A DNA stretch of 64,000 nucleotides from Dehalococcoidia bacterium (GTDB lineage: Bacteria > Chloroflexota > Dehalococcoidia > Bin125). The DNA lies in the NCBI GenBank assembly GCA_965215375.1, contig CBDCDO010000002.1:1551685-1615684 (forward strand). Direction: 5' to 3'. Shown in pieces: positions 26,066-35,602 of this stretch (the stretch's first letter is position 1; each line of letters starts with the position of its first letter). The notes below the pieces were generated by a model that was not told the DNA's origin, ran no database searches, and saw only the letters and a program-made list of their open reading frames with translations. A program made the translations under genes and the position numbers.

Positions 26066-27181
26066 CTAGTCGCTGACCGCGTACCGCTCTAGAGCCTCCG
26101 GGAGGAACTCAAAGCCCAGACCCGGCGTGTCCGGCAGCACCAACCGACCATCCCTGACCTCGGTCTGCCGATCAATGATGTTGCGGAAGTTGTGTACCTG
26201 ATCGTCGGGGAAGAACTCGACGTAGGTCGCGTTTGGCGACGACGCCACCAGATGCCGATGGAGGTCGTGGAACCAGTGCGGGCAGATCGAGACGCCGTAT
26301 GAGGCGGCTGTGTTGGCAATCCGCCGGAACTCAGTCACGCCGCCCAGCACCGCGGCGTCGGGCTGCAGGATCATCGCCGCTTCCTGATCCATTAGATCCT
26401 TGAACCGCCAGCGACCGACCTCAATCTCGCCGGTCGCAATCGGGATGCCGGTGCGCTGAGCCAGCCTGGCGTGCAGATTGATTGCGTCGGGCGAGAACGG
26501 TTCCTCCATCCAATACGGATTCGACGGCTCATACGCGGCCATGTAACGCAGCGCGTCCTCGAGGTTTGACCAGGCGTTGTTGGCGTCGAGCATGATGTGG
26601 ACATCCGGCCCGACCGCCTCACGCGCCGCCTGCATCCGTGATGCTTCCTCGCTCACTGACAGACGGCCGACCTTGATCTTGACCGCGTCAAAGCCCATCT
26701 CGACGTAACCCAACAGCTCCTGCTGCAGACCCTCATGACCCTTGCCATCGAGGTAGTAGCCGCCCGACGCATACGCCGGCACGGTGTCCTCGTGGTAGCC
26801 GCCCAGCAACTTGTACAGCGGCAAACCGGCCGCCTTCGCGTTGTGATCCCAGAGCGCGATGTCGAGCGCTGAGAGCGCGCGCATCGTCGAACCGGAGCGC
26901 CCATGCAGCAGCGACTCCTGATACATCGATGCCCACAAGCCTTCCACGCGGAAGGGGTCCTGACCGATTAAGAGCGGCGCGAAGAGGTGGTCGACGGCAG
27001 ATGTTACGAGCTGACCGTTCGAGTTCCCCGCGTAGCAAAATCCGATGCCCGTGTGTCCGTCATCGCACTCGATCTCGACGACGGGATGGTCCCGGTGATA
27101 GACGGTGCGGTTCGAGAACGAGGTGGGGTGGTCGAGAGGGATGCGAAGCATCGTCGAGCGGACAGCGGTGATCCTGGACAT
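26066..27181 (-). CDS. enolase-superfamily enzyme (mandelate racemase / muconate lactonizing enzyme family; sugar-acid dehydratase-like)
   Basis: The 371-aa product has the MR/MLE N- and C-terminal domains (…AVKIKVG…IMLDANNAW…EEP…). Confidence 0.85.
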   Translation of the reverse strand: MSRITAVRSTMLRIPLDHPTSFSNRTVYHRDHPVVEIECDDGHTGIGFCYAGNSNGQLVTSAVDHLFAPLLIGQDPFRVEGLWASMYQESLLHGRSGSTMRALSALDIALWDHNAKAAGLPLYKLLGGYHEDTVPAYASGGYYLDGKGHEGLQQELLGYVEMGFDAVKIKVGRLSVSEEASRMQAAREAVGPDVHIMLDANNAWSNLEDALRYMAAYEPSNPYWMEEPFSPDAINLHARLAQRTGIPIATGEIEVGRWRFKDLMDQEAAMILQPDAAVLGGVTEFRRIANTAASYGVSICPHWFHDLHRHLVASSPNATYVEFFPDDQVHNFRNIIDRQTEVRDGRLVLPDTPGLGFEFLPEALERYAVSD

Positions 27182-27279
27182 CGAAGGAACTCCTAGGCAT
27201 CAGATCGGTAGCGTCTCGATCCTATCGGAGGCCTGCGCAGAATCCACCGACGTCGTCATTCCTGATGTCCACTGACTAC

Positions 27280-27433
27280 GTCGTTCCCGCGCTCCGCCGC
27301 GGGAATCTCGATCCGTTCGGCAGAGTCGCTACGTCGCGGTGGGCTCTACAGGCGCGTCGGCGCTTGTGGTGGAGTCGGCGAGATACCCGCGGCGGGGCGC
27401 GGGTATGACGGATATCCCGCGCGGGTATCCCGC
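27280..27433. repeat. cluster of three REP-like palindromes
   Basis: gtcgttcccgcgctccgccgcgggaatctcg; gcgagatacccgcggcggggcgcgggtatgacgg; atatcccgcgcgggtatcccgc. Confidence 0.7.
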
Positions 27434-27439
27434 AGTGGG

Positions 27440-29227
27440 TTAGACCGCTTGTGGACCTCGGACGAGTTTGCCGGGGAGGGCTCCGGTGAGTTCGTCGTTT
27501 TCGAGGATCACTTCTCCCGCGCAGATGGTTGCGACGTAGCCGGTGGGACGCTGCATGTAGCGCTTTGCTCCCTCGGGCAGGTCGTAGACCATCTGTGGGG
27601 CATCGGTGTCGAGCCGGTCTAGATCGATCACGTTCACGTCCGCTCGCTTGCCTGTGGTGAGCTCTCCTCGATCGCGGAGGCTGTAGAGATCGGCGTTTGC
27701 GCCCGACTGCTTGTGGACGATCGTCTCCAGGGGCACGCGCTCGCCGCGTGTGCGGTCACGACCCCAATAGGCGAGATTCCACGACACCATGTGTGCGTCC
27801 GAGACCGCTGCCACGTGGGCGCCGGCGTCGGAGAGGCCGTTCCGCGTGAGCGGATGCATCATCAGGTCGCGCTGATAGTCGAAGTTGCCCTGCGAGTAGC
27901 CCTCGAGGTAGACCAAGAGCAGGGTTCCGCCGTCGCCATGGGTCATGAGGTCGTAGAAGGCCTCGTCGGCGCTCAGGCCATTGCGTTCGGCGTGTGCCGC
28001 GACCGACCTATCGTATTCCGGCTCATACACTGGCGGGTCGCCGAGCACGTACACCGTCTCAGGCGAGCTCAGCACCAGCTCGAGCATTCCCGGCATGAGG
28101 TTGCCTGGCGTCGTGTCGACGAGGAACGGGTGGTCCTCTGCGTTGCTGACCTTCTTGCGGACGTCGTTGGTGAGGTCCCAGTCGCTGGCGAGGATCTGCG
28201 CTTTGATTTCAGGGTCGCGCATCTTCTCGAGACGCTCGGCGAGCGGCAGATGCTCGACCAGGTCGCGGTAGGCATAGTTCAGGCTGTACGGGTGGATTGA
28301 TCCCTCGATGTTCATCAGCAGCGTCGTGCCGCGACCACGAACCTGCGGGAAAATGCGGACGCCGCGCTCGGTCGCTTCCTCGACGCTCGCAAGGCCTTCC
28401 TTCCAGCCTGCGCCGTTCGTGACTGAGCCTTCGCCCGACAAGTAGGTGATCGTCAGGTCGTGCTCGAGGGCCATGGTCTCGACCCACTCGCGCTCGAACG
28501 GTCCGACGAGCTGGAAGACGCCGCCGCCACCCTGCTCGATGCCATCTGCGACCGCCTCGAGTTCGGGATATTGGGCCAGCGTGCCGGGGATCAGCTCGCC
28601 CTCTTTGGTCCGGTGAGCGAGGAGCCGGTTTGAGGAGAATCCCACGGCGCCCGCCTCGATCCCCTCGCGCACGAGCCGACGCATGTGGGCGAGTTCGTCG
28701 TCGGACGGTTGGACATCATCGGCGCCGCGAGGTCCCATCACATAGGTGCGGAGTGCGCAATGCGGGAACTGCGCGGCGATGTCCATTACGCGTGGCTTGT
28801 CGTCGATCGCGTCGAGGTACTCGGGGAACGATTCCCACTCCCAAGTGATCCCGGCCGCCATTGCGGTGGCGGGAATGTCCTCGACCGCGTCCATGAGATC
28901 CATGAGCCACTCGCGGTCGGACTCGCGCACGGGAGCAAATCCGACGCCGCAGTTGCCCATCACGACGGTCGTGACGCCGTTGTAGCAGGACGGGGTCATG
29001 TATGGGTCCCACGAGACCTGCGCGTCCATATGGGTGTGAATGTCGATCCAGCCGGGCGTGACGAGCTTGCCCGTGGCGTCGATCTCACGTCGTCCTGCGG
29101 CAATGATGCCTTCGCCCTCGCGGACGACCGCTGAGATGCGGTCACCGTCGATGGCGATGTCGCCGACGAACTCCGCAGCGCCGGTTCCGTCGATGATGCG
29201 TCCGTTGCGAATCACGATGTCGTGCAT
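27440..29227 (-). CDS. N-acyl-D-amino-acid deacylase (D-aminoacylase; amidohydrolase-3 family)
   Basis: MHDIVIRNGRIIDGTG…LVTPGWIDIHTHMD…; 595 aa, typical of D-aminoacylases. Confidence 0.85.
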   Translation of the reverse strand: MHDIVIRNGRIIDGTGAAEFVGDIAIDGDRISAVVREGEGIIAAGRREIDATGKLVTPGWIDIHTHMDAQVSWDPYMTPSCYNGVTTVVMGNCGVGFAPVRESDREWLMDLMDAVEDIPATAMAAGITWEWESFPEYLDAIDDKPRVMDIAAQFPHCALRTYVMGPRGADDVQPSDDELAHMRRLVREGIEAGAVGFSSNRLLAHRTKEGELIPGTLAQYPELEAVADGIEQGGGGVFQLVGPFEREWVETMALEHDLTITYLSGEGSVTNGAGWKEGLASVEEATERGVRIFPQVRGRGTTLLMNIEGSIHPYSLNYAYRDLVEHLPLAERLEKMRDPEIKAQILASDWDLTNDVRKKVSNAEDHPFLVDTTPGNLMPGMLELVLSSPETVYVLGDPPVYEPEYDRSVAAHAERNGLSADEAFYDLMTHGDGGTLLLVYLEGYSQGNFDYQRDLMMHPLTRNGLSDAGAHVAAVSDAHMVSWNLAYWGRDRTRGERVPLETIVHKQSGANADLYSLRDRGELTTGKRADVNVIDLDRLDTDAPQMVYDLPEGAKRYMQRPTGYVATICAGEVILENDELTGALPGKLVRGPQAV

Positions 29228-29262
29228 TTGGTGTGCCTCCTAGTGGTTGGTTCTGGTAGAGG

Positions 29263-30804
29263 CTAGAGTTCTTCGAGCTCAAACGGCAAGTAGAAGCAGG
29301 TGTGATTGATGCAGACCGTCGAGTCCCTGAGGTCTTGCCACTCGTCGCCTGAGGCTGTGGTGAGCGATTCGACGATCGTCTCGACGTAGTCTGCGAAGCC
29401 ATCGGCAAACTCCGACGCTGCCCACGGACTGCTAAGCCACAACGCTATGGCGACAACGTTGTCGCACTGACCGGCTCTCACGGTCGGCAAGATATACGGG
29501 AATCCGGTCACTTGGAATCGTACCTCGATGAGGCATCGTTCATCCCGATCAAGTGGCAGATCGTGGTCAGGATCGGGCACGACGACCACAATCATCGTGC
29601 ATGCGCCGCCTTCGAGCGTGCTGATTTCGTGGAGGTTTCCATCCTCCTTGAAGGATTCCGCGGTCACAGTGATTGTGATCGGTGATAGCTGCTTGCACGT
29701 CTGGATCAGTTGCTCACCTTCCAGTGGTCCGTCCTGGGGCTGGAAGGGCCGGACTCGATTGATTGCAGCACGGACATCGGCTTCGCTCTCCACGCCACCC
29801 GTTCCCCAGCCCATCCACCTGGTGAGGCCGTGGCAATTGCCTCGCTGAGACATCCCAGAGCGGGTCGCATTGACGGTGCAAGTCTCAGATTCCTCAAACA
29901 CTCGCGGTTCGGACTCGTACGGATCCGCAGCCACGACGACGTACCAGTAGCAACGTCCCTCCTGGTCGAAGCTCAGGGCATGCAGTCGCTGTGCCTCGTT
30001 GAAGGTTGCCGCATCCGCGGTCACGCTGAGTCGGGACTCGACATCACAGTGAGCTGGGAGATCGACATTGGAGAATAGTGCGGTTGACCATTCGGATCGG
30101 TCAAGCCATTTGCAGTCTCCCGAGGACTCGTACCGATTGCTGACATCGACTGGGGTGAATTCTGGGTTGAATGAGTAGGCATATTCCGTGCTCCAACATG
30201 TACCGCTTGCGCTCAGATTGGCTGTGTCGTTGGGTGTAAAGGTGATCGAAGTGGCGCACATGTTGTTGTGGGCGACGACCGCTCGGACGATCTCATCATC
30301 ACGGTCGAACGACCACGGCGACAGTCGCACTTCCTGAACCGGGATCCGTTGACATCCACTCCCTTGGTCCCTCGATGGTCGGAGTTCTTCTGGCTGAGCT
30401 TCCACTTGAAGTGGTGGTCCGACTTGGAATCCGAGGTTCGGAGTGCAGTCGTCACCCTGACAGTCGGGCATTCGCCAAGGCGCCGCGGCGATGATCCGTA
30501 TCTCCCCGCTGCCGGCACCGAGCGGATCGAGCGCACTCTCGACCTCGCCCTTTCGGATCAGGGTGACGGGATATCCGATCGCCACGTCCTCGGAACCCAC
30601 GTGGATGAGGATGGGCGAAGGCACAGGCTCGGCCGCGACGACGACGATGCCGTCAGTCGGAAAGCCATCAGGCGACGAGTCGCGAAGTTCGAGGTTGAGC
30701 TCGATGATGTGATCGAACTCATCCGCGACGGGAACCTCATCGACACAGGCGCTCGCGGCGAGACAAAGCACGGAGCACAGCAACAGTATGGCGAGCGTCC
30801 GCAT
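29263..30804 (-). CDS. Cys-rich secreted lipoprotein, unknown function
   Basis: Signal peptide plus lipobox (MRTLAILLLCSVLCLAASAC). About 20 Cys are spread over 513 aa. No family motif is recognised. Confidence 0.55.
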   Translation of the reverse strand: MRTLAILLLCSVLCLAASACVDEVPVADEFDHIIELNLELRDSSPDGFPTDGIVVVAAEPVPSPILIHVGSEDVAIGYPVTLIRKGEVESALDPLGAGSGEIRIIAAAPWRMPDCQGDDCTPNLGFQVGPPLQVEAQPEELRPSRDQGSGCQRIPVQEVRLSPWSFDRDDEIVRAVVAHNNMCATSITFTPNDTANLSASGTCWSTEYAYSFNPEFTPVDVSNRYESSGDCKWLDRSEWSTALFSNVDLPAHCDVESRLSVTADAATFNEAQRLHALSFDQEGRCYWYVVVAADPYESEPRVFEESETCTVNATRSGMSQRGNCHGLTRWMGWGTGGVESEADVRAAINRVRPFQPQDGPLEGEQLIQTCKQLSPITITVTAESFKEDGNLHEISTLEGGACTMIVVVVPDPDHDLPLDRDERCLIEVRFQVTGFPYILPTVRAGQCDNVVAIALWLSSPWAASEFADGFADYVETIVESLTTASGDEWQDLRDSTVCINHTCFYLPFELEEL

Positions 30805-30959
30805 CGTTGATGCTCCCTGACTAGGCCGAAGTGTTCGGTATCGCCAACTATGTCACAGTACGGCGATCGTTGGCGGCTAAGTCGCGCGGGAGTTGTCGAT
30901 GTCGATAGGTCACTGCCAGCGATATGATTGAGGTTAATCGGAATGCGGAGCAGTGAGCG

Positions 30960-31190
30960 ATGTCGGACATAACGGCAACGGACCCGAGGCTCGATCGGAT
31001 CGACCTCGCCGTGCTCGATCTCGAACTGTTCCCGCCGATCTCGGAGTGGGACGACGATGACTGGGCCGAGGCATACGAGCTTACGATGTCGGCACGGGCA
31101 GAAGCGGAAATGGAACATGGCGGGCGCCGATGGACTCCATTGGATGAGTTCGAGGCAGAGCTGGATGCCGATAGCGCCGCCGCTGGCTGA
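30960..31190 (+). CDS. putative antitoxin (acidic, 76 aa) of the RelE/ParE module
   Basis: A small acidic protein whose stop is 5 nt upstream of the RelE-family toxin start. It is a family I do not recognise (not an obvious RelB/ParD/Phd RHH). Confidence 0.45.
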   Translation: MSDITATDPRLDRIDLAVLDLELFPPISEWDDDDWAEAYELTMSARAEAEMEHGGRRWTPLDEFEAELDADSAAAG

Positions 31191-31195
31191 CGACC

Positions 31196-31459
31196 GTGAC
31201 CTATCGAGTCGTGTTGTCGGATCGCTTTCGTCGCGAATTTCGTAGGCTGGCCTCGCCGATCCAGGCACAAGTGCGACGGCGAATTCGTCAACTGGAAGAT
31301 GATCCTCGAGGACGAGGTGCGAAGCAGCGTCGAGGTCGACCGGTCAGATGGCAGGTTCGTGTTGGCGACTATCGCGTGGTGTACGCCATTGACGACGAGC
31401 TTCGAGAAGCTCGGCTGACGACGGTAGACCATCGATGCGATGTCAACCGACGACGCTAG
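31196..31459 (+). CDS. RelE/ParE-family type II toxin
   Basis: …W.VRVGDYRVVYAIDDELREARLTTVDHR… is the canonical RelE/ParE C-terminal signature. Confidence 0.75.
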   Translation: MTYRVVLSDRFRREFRRLASPIQAQVRRRIRQLEDDPRGRGAKQRRGRPVRWQVRVGDYRVVYAIDDELREARLTTVDHRCDVNRRR

Positions 31460-31464
31460 CCCGC

Positions 31465-32697
31465 CTAGCGACGATTCGCCGTGAATCCTGGACCCCGACC
31501 TTGTTCCCAGACGTGTGCTCGGGCGACATCCTCGTCGAAGTCGATGCCCCAGCCGGGCTTGGTTGGGAGCTCCAAGTGTCCGTCGACGATTTCGATTGGT
31601 CCGCCGCCGAGATCGTTCTTCCACGGGACGTCGTCGATGTCGATCTCCATGATTCGCACGTTTGGCACGGTCGCGCAGAGATGTAACGCGTGCATCGTGG
31701 CGAGATGCGAATAGTAATTGTGCGGTGCGCAGTTAAGTTCGTAGCTTTCGGCCAGGAGTGCCACGTCGCGCGAGCGGGCGAAGCCCTGCCACGGCACGTC
31801 GATCATCACATTATCCATCGACCGATGGTCAAAGTATGGTCGATAGTCACGGATCGTGTACAAGTTCTCGCCCGAGGTGATAGGTACGGTTGTTTGGCGT
31901 CGGATGTCTGCGAGCGCCTCCGGTTCGTACATATCGATCTCGACCCACATCATCTCGAGATCCTCGAGCGATTGGCATATCTGTCGTGCGACCAGCGGCG
32001 TGCAGTTGAAGTTGAGATCGAGCGCGATCTGCACGTCGGGTCCCGCGCCTGCTTTGAGGGCACCGATGTACTCAGGAATGTGTCGCAGGAGCGACGGGAC
32101 CGCATTGCGGTCGATGTTGGCGGTGCCTCCCCAGCCTGGTCCATAGACGCCGGTTGGGTCGCCGGGGAAGACGACATTGGTCTTAAGCGCGTGAAAGCCC
32201 TTTTCTCGCACCTCTTCGCCGAGCGCGGTGACGTCATCCATTGTGCGCAGCGGCGGCGCCCCAACGACCCACTCTGAGCCGTTGTGCCAGAGGATCTGGT
32301 CATAGCTCCGTGCGCGTGACGATCCACAGTGCGACCAATAGATCATCTGCCGGTCACGCGTCGGACCGCCGAACAGCGAGTAGACCGGGACGCCGAGCGC
32401 CTTGCCCTTGATGTCCCACAGCGCGAGCTCGACGCCGGCGATCGCTTTGGCTGCGATTCCGCCTGGCGACTGTCGTGCGAGACGATACATGTCCCAATAT
32501 CGAGCCTCGACCGCGAGCGGATCCTGGCCGATCAGGATCGGTTCCATGTCCGCAATCGTGCCGACGATCCCGAAGGGATTGCGGCCGTCCGACATCTCGC
32601 CGTAGCCGGTGATGCCGTCTGAAGTGCGAACGGCGACGAACTGCCAGGGACGCCAGCCCGCGTCGACGACGAAGGTCTCAATCTCGGTAATCTTCAT
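31465..32697 (-). CDS. enolase-superfamily enzyme (MR/MLE family; D-mannonate/galactonate-dehydratase-like)
   Basis: MKITEIETFVV…ITGYGE…; 410 aa with MR/MLE motifs. Confidence 0.85.
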   Translation of the reverse strand: MKITEIETFVVDAGWRPWQFVAVRTSDGITGYGEMSDGRNPFGIVGTIADMEPILIGQDPLAVEARYWDMYRLARQSPGGIAAKAIAGVELALWDIKGKALGVPVYSLFGGPTRDRQMIYWSHCGSSRARSYDQILWHNGSEWVVGAPPLRTMDDVTALGEEVREKGFHALKTNVVFPGDPTGVYGPGWGGTANIDRNAVPSLLRHIPEYIGALKAGAGPDVQIALDLNFNCTPLVARQICQSLEDLEMMWVEIDMYEPEALADIRRQTTVPITSGENLYTIRDYRPYFDHRSMDNVMIDVPWQGFARSRDVALLAESYELNCAPHNYYSHLATMHALHLCATVPNVRIMEIDIDDVPWKNDLGGGPIEIVDGHLELPTKPGWGIDFDEDVARAHVWEQGRGPGFTANRR

Positions 32698-32793
32698 GAT
32701 CTGCTCCCGCCTTGCTTCCGCGGTTTCTGTAAGCCCTTGCTCGAAAGGCTAGCCTCACATTGGCGACGTTGAGCTCAAGGATGGAATACGACC

Positions 32794-35235
32794 GTGAACA
32801 ATCGACAGGAGATGCTCGCTCCGTACCGAGTTCTCGACCTAACCGACGAGCGCGGCCATTTCGCCGGCAAGCTGCTGGCCGACCTCGGCGCCGAGGTGAT
32901 CAAGGTCGAACCGCCGCAGGGCGACCCGTCGCGGCACATCGGACCGTTTGTCGACGATATTCCTGGGCCGGAACGGAGCCTCCGCTGGCTCGCTTGGAAT
33001 AGCAACAAGCGGAGCGTCACGCTCGACCTGTCCGACGAATCGGGACGAGATCGCTTTCTGCGTCTGGTGCGTTCGGCGGACTTCGTTCTGGAGTCGTTCG
33101 CGCCTGGATATCTGGACGACCTTGGCCTTGGATTTGAGCAGCTCTCGGGAGCCAATCCCGGCTTGGTTTTGGTCTCAATCTCTCCGTTCGGCCAGGACGG
33201 ACCCTATCGGGACTACCAAGCGACCGACATCGTAGCCTGGGCGATGAGCGGCAACATGTCGATTACGGGAGAGTCGTCTGGACCTCCAGCGCATGTCAGC
33301 GACGGCTATCAGTCCTTTGTCCACTCTGGGGGCGACGCGGTGATCGGAGCCTTGATCGCATTGACCCAGCGAAACCAAACGGGACGTGGCCAGCACGTCG
33401 ATCTCTCAATCCAGGAAGCGACGTCGAGAGGTCTGTATCAGGTCACCGGAAGCTGGGACATGACTGGCCGCAATCTGCCCCGGGAATCGCGACCATCGAT
33501 CGGCGACGGCAAGTTGCCATGGATGTGGCGATGTCTCGATGGTCATGTGATTTGGGTGTGTCCGGCCCGAGAAGGTGCCAGTCAACGACTGATCGGGTTC
33601 TTCTCGTGGCTGGATGAGATTGGCGAGGGACAGGAGCTTCGATCGGTCGATTGGGACAATCTCTCGCTTGAGGAGATGACGACAGACGACTGGGATCACC
33701 TGTCTCGTCTGGTTGCTGAGCTGTTCGTCGGTCGGACCAAGCAGGAGCTATACGAAGCCGCGACGCGGCACGACTTCGCGCTGTTTCCATCGGCGACGTC
33801 GGCGGACACGCTCGCGAACGAACAACTCGCGGCTCGCGGATTCTGGCGCGACGTCGATCATCCAGCACTCGGTCGGAGCATTCGCTATCCCGGTGCGCTC
33901 GCCATCGGCGACCGTGAAGTACCGGCCGAAACGCATCCCGCTCCGAGGCTGGGGCAACATAACGAAGAGATACTGACGAAGCTGGCGAGTGCGCCCGCCC
34001 TGACGAACGGGACGCATGCGGTCGGTTCTGATGCAGCGCCGCTCGCTGGAGTGAAGATTGCCGACTTTAGCTGGTTCATGGTGGGACCACAGACGATCAA
34101 ACCGTTTTCCGATTTTGGCGCCGACGTCGTGCATTTGGAGAGCACCGCTCGTCTCGATGCGATGCGGGTTGTTGGTCCGTTCCATAACGACATCGCGGAT
34201 TTCGAGCGTTGCGGTGAGTATGCCCAAGTTCGCACTGGCGGTCGGACAATCAACGTGGATCTCAAGACCGAGGAAGGGATGGCGGTCGCGCGGCGCATTG
34301 TGCAATGGGCCGACATCGTCTTCAACAACTTCTCTGCTGGAGCGATGGATCGGATGGGTTTCGGTCTGGAAACCCTGCGCGAGCTGAATCCCGACCTGAT
34401 CGTGCTCACCTGCAGCGGACAGGGTCAACACGGTCCGCACGCTCAAGGCAAGGGTGGAGGCGGACACTATGCCTCCCTCGCCGGGTTCAACGAGCTCACG
34501 GGCTGGCCAGAGAGTGAGCCTGGCTACCTCAGCGCCTACACCGACTTCATCGCGCCTCGGTTTAACGTGCCGCTGCTGCTCGCCGCGCTCGACCATCGCC
34601 GACGGACCGGTGAGGGTCTGTACTTCGATGTCTCACAGTACGAAGCTGGGGTCCACTGGCTTACGCCGTCGATCCTCGAGTACACCGCCAACGATCGGGT
34701 GGTTACGCGAAGCGGCAACCGTCAGCCCGACTCCGCGCCGCACGGTGCCTATCGCTGCGCTGCCGACCGTTGGTGTGTCATCGCCGTCACGAGCGACGAT
34801 CAGTGGCGATCATTCTGCCAAGGTATTGACCTGCCGTCGCTGGCCGACGATCCTCGGTTTGCCACATTGCAGCGTCGGAAATCGAACGAGGACGAGCTTG
34901 ACCGAATCGTCGAGGATTGGACAATCCAGCGCGACGCCTACGAAGTGATGCACCTGCTGCAAGGAGTCGGGATTGCGGCTGGAGTTGTGCAGAACGGTGA
35001 GGATCTGCTGGAGCATGATCCGCAGCTACGACATCGCAACTTCTACCAACGGCTCGATCATCCGGTGATGGGCTCATATCGAGCACCACAAGCGTCGTTC
35101 CGATTGTCTGAGGCGCCGTGTCAGTTGCGACGCGTGCGTCTGCTGGGTGAGGACACGTACGAGGTCCTGAGCGAAACGCTTGGCTACAGCGAGTCTGAGA
35201 TTGAACAACTCGCCCTCGCCGGTGCATTGAAGTAA
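32794..35235 (+). CDS. tandem-fused di-domain family III CoA-transferase (two CaiB/BaiF modules in one 813-aa chain)
   Basis: Module 1 is aa ~8-400 (YRVLDLTDERGHFAGKLLADLGAEVIKVEPPQGDPSR…). Module 2 is aa ~415-810 (LAGVKIADFSWFMVGPQTIKPFSDFGADVVHLES… …RFATLQRRKSNEDELDRIVEDWT…). Each has the full family-III fold signature. Confidence 0.8.
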   Translation: MNNRQEMLAPYRVLDLTDERGHFAGKLLADLGAEVIKVEPPQGDPSRHIGPFVDDIPGPERSLRWLAWNSNKRSVTLDLSDESGRDRFLRLVRSADFVLESFAPGYLDDLGLGFEQLSGANPGLVLVSISPFGQDGPYRDYQATDIVAWAMSGNMSITGESSGPPAHVSDGYQSFVHSGGDAVIGALIALTQRNQTGRGQHVDLSIQEATSRGLYQVTGSWDMTGRNLPRESRPSIGDGKLPWMWRCLDGHVIWVCPAREGASQRLIGFFSWLDEIGEGQELRSVDWDNLSLEEMTTDDWDHLSRLVAELFVGRTKQELYEAATRHDFALFPSATSADTLANEQLAARGFWRDVDHPALGRSIRYPGALAIGDREVPAETHPAPRLGQHNEEILTKLASAPALTNGTHAVGSDAAPLAGVKIADFSWFMVGPQTIKPFSDFGADVVHLESTARLDAMRVVGPFHNDIADFERCGEYAQVRTGGRTINVDLKTEEGMAVARRIVQWADIVFNNFSAGAMDRMGFGLETLRELNPDLIVLTCSGQGQHGPHAQGKGGGGHYASLAGFNELTGWPESEPGYLSAYTDFIAPRFNVPLLLAALDHRRRTGEGLYFDVSQYEAGVHWLTPSILEYTANDRVVTRSGNRQPDSAPHGAYRCAADRWCVIAVTSDDQWRSFCQGIDLPSLADDPRFATLQRRKSNEDELDRIVEDWTIQRDAYEVMHLLQGVGIAAGVVQNGEDLLEHDPQLRHRNFYQRLDHPVMGSYRAPQASFRLSEAPCQLRRVRLLGEDTYEVLSETLGYSESEIEQLALAGALK

Positions 35236-35387
35236 GAGGTGCTGTTCTACGGGCCTGACGATTGTCTTGGCCGTAGCTCAATAGCCTTAATGGCCGCGCC
35301 CATTAGGAGTCGTCGACGACGAGTTCTCGGGCGTATTCACATGGGGCCATTCAGTCCAGGAGTTCCTGCCATACCCACTGAGATAGC

Positions 35388-35484
35388 CGTCATACCCGCG
35401 CTCCGCCGCGGGTATCTCGCTGTATCCAGCGCCAGTGTCTTTGCACAACTCGGCGAGATTGCCGCGACAAGCGCGGCAATGACG
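35388..35484. repeat. two REP-like palindromes (gtcatacccgcgctccgccgcgggtatctcgc; gcgagattgccgcgacaagcgcggcaatgacgg)
   Basis: Perfect inverted repeats with GTCAT/ATGAC flanks. The second is the ATTGCC stem variant. Confidence 0.7.
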
Positions 35485-35602
35485 GAATTTAAGCAGTTGG
35501 CTGATGTGAACACGCCCTTGCTGGTACACGATTTCCTCGCCCTCGCCAGGAAGTCTCTCGCCGTGTCGGAAGGGTGTGGGAATGATGCCATGCTTTCGGC
35601 GT

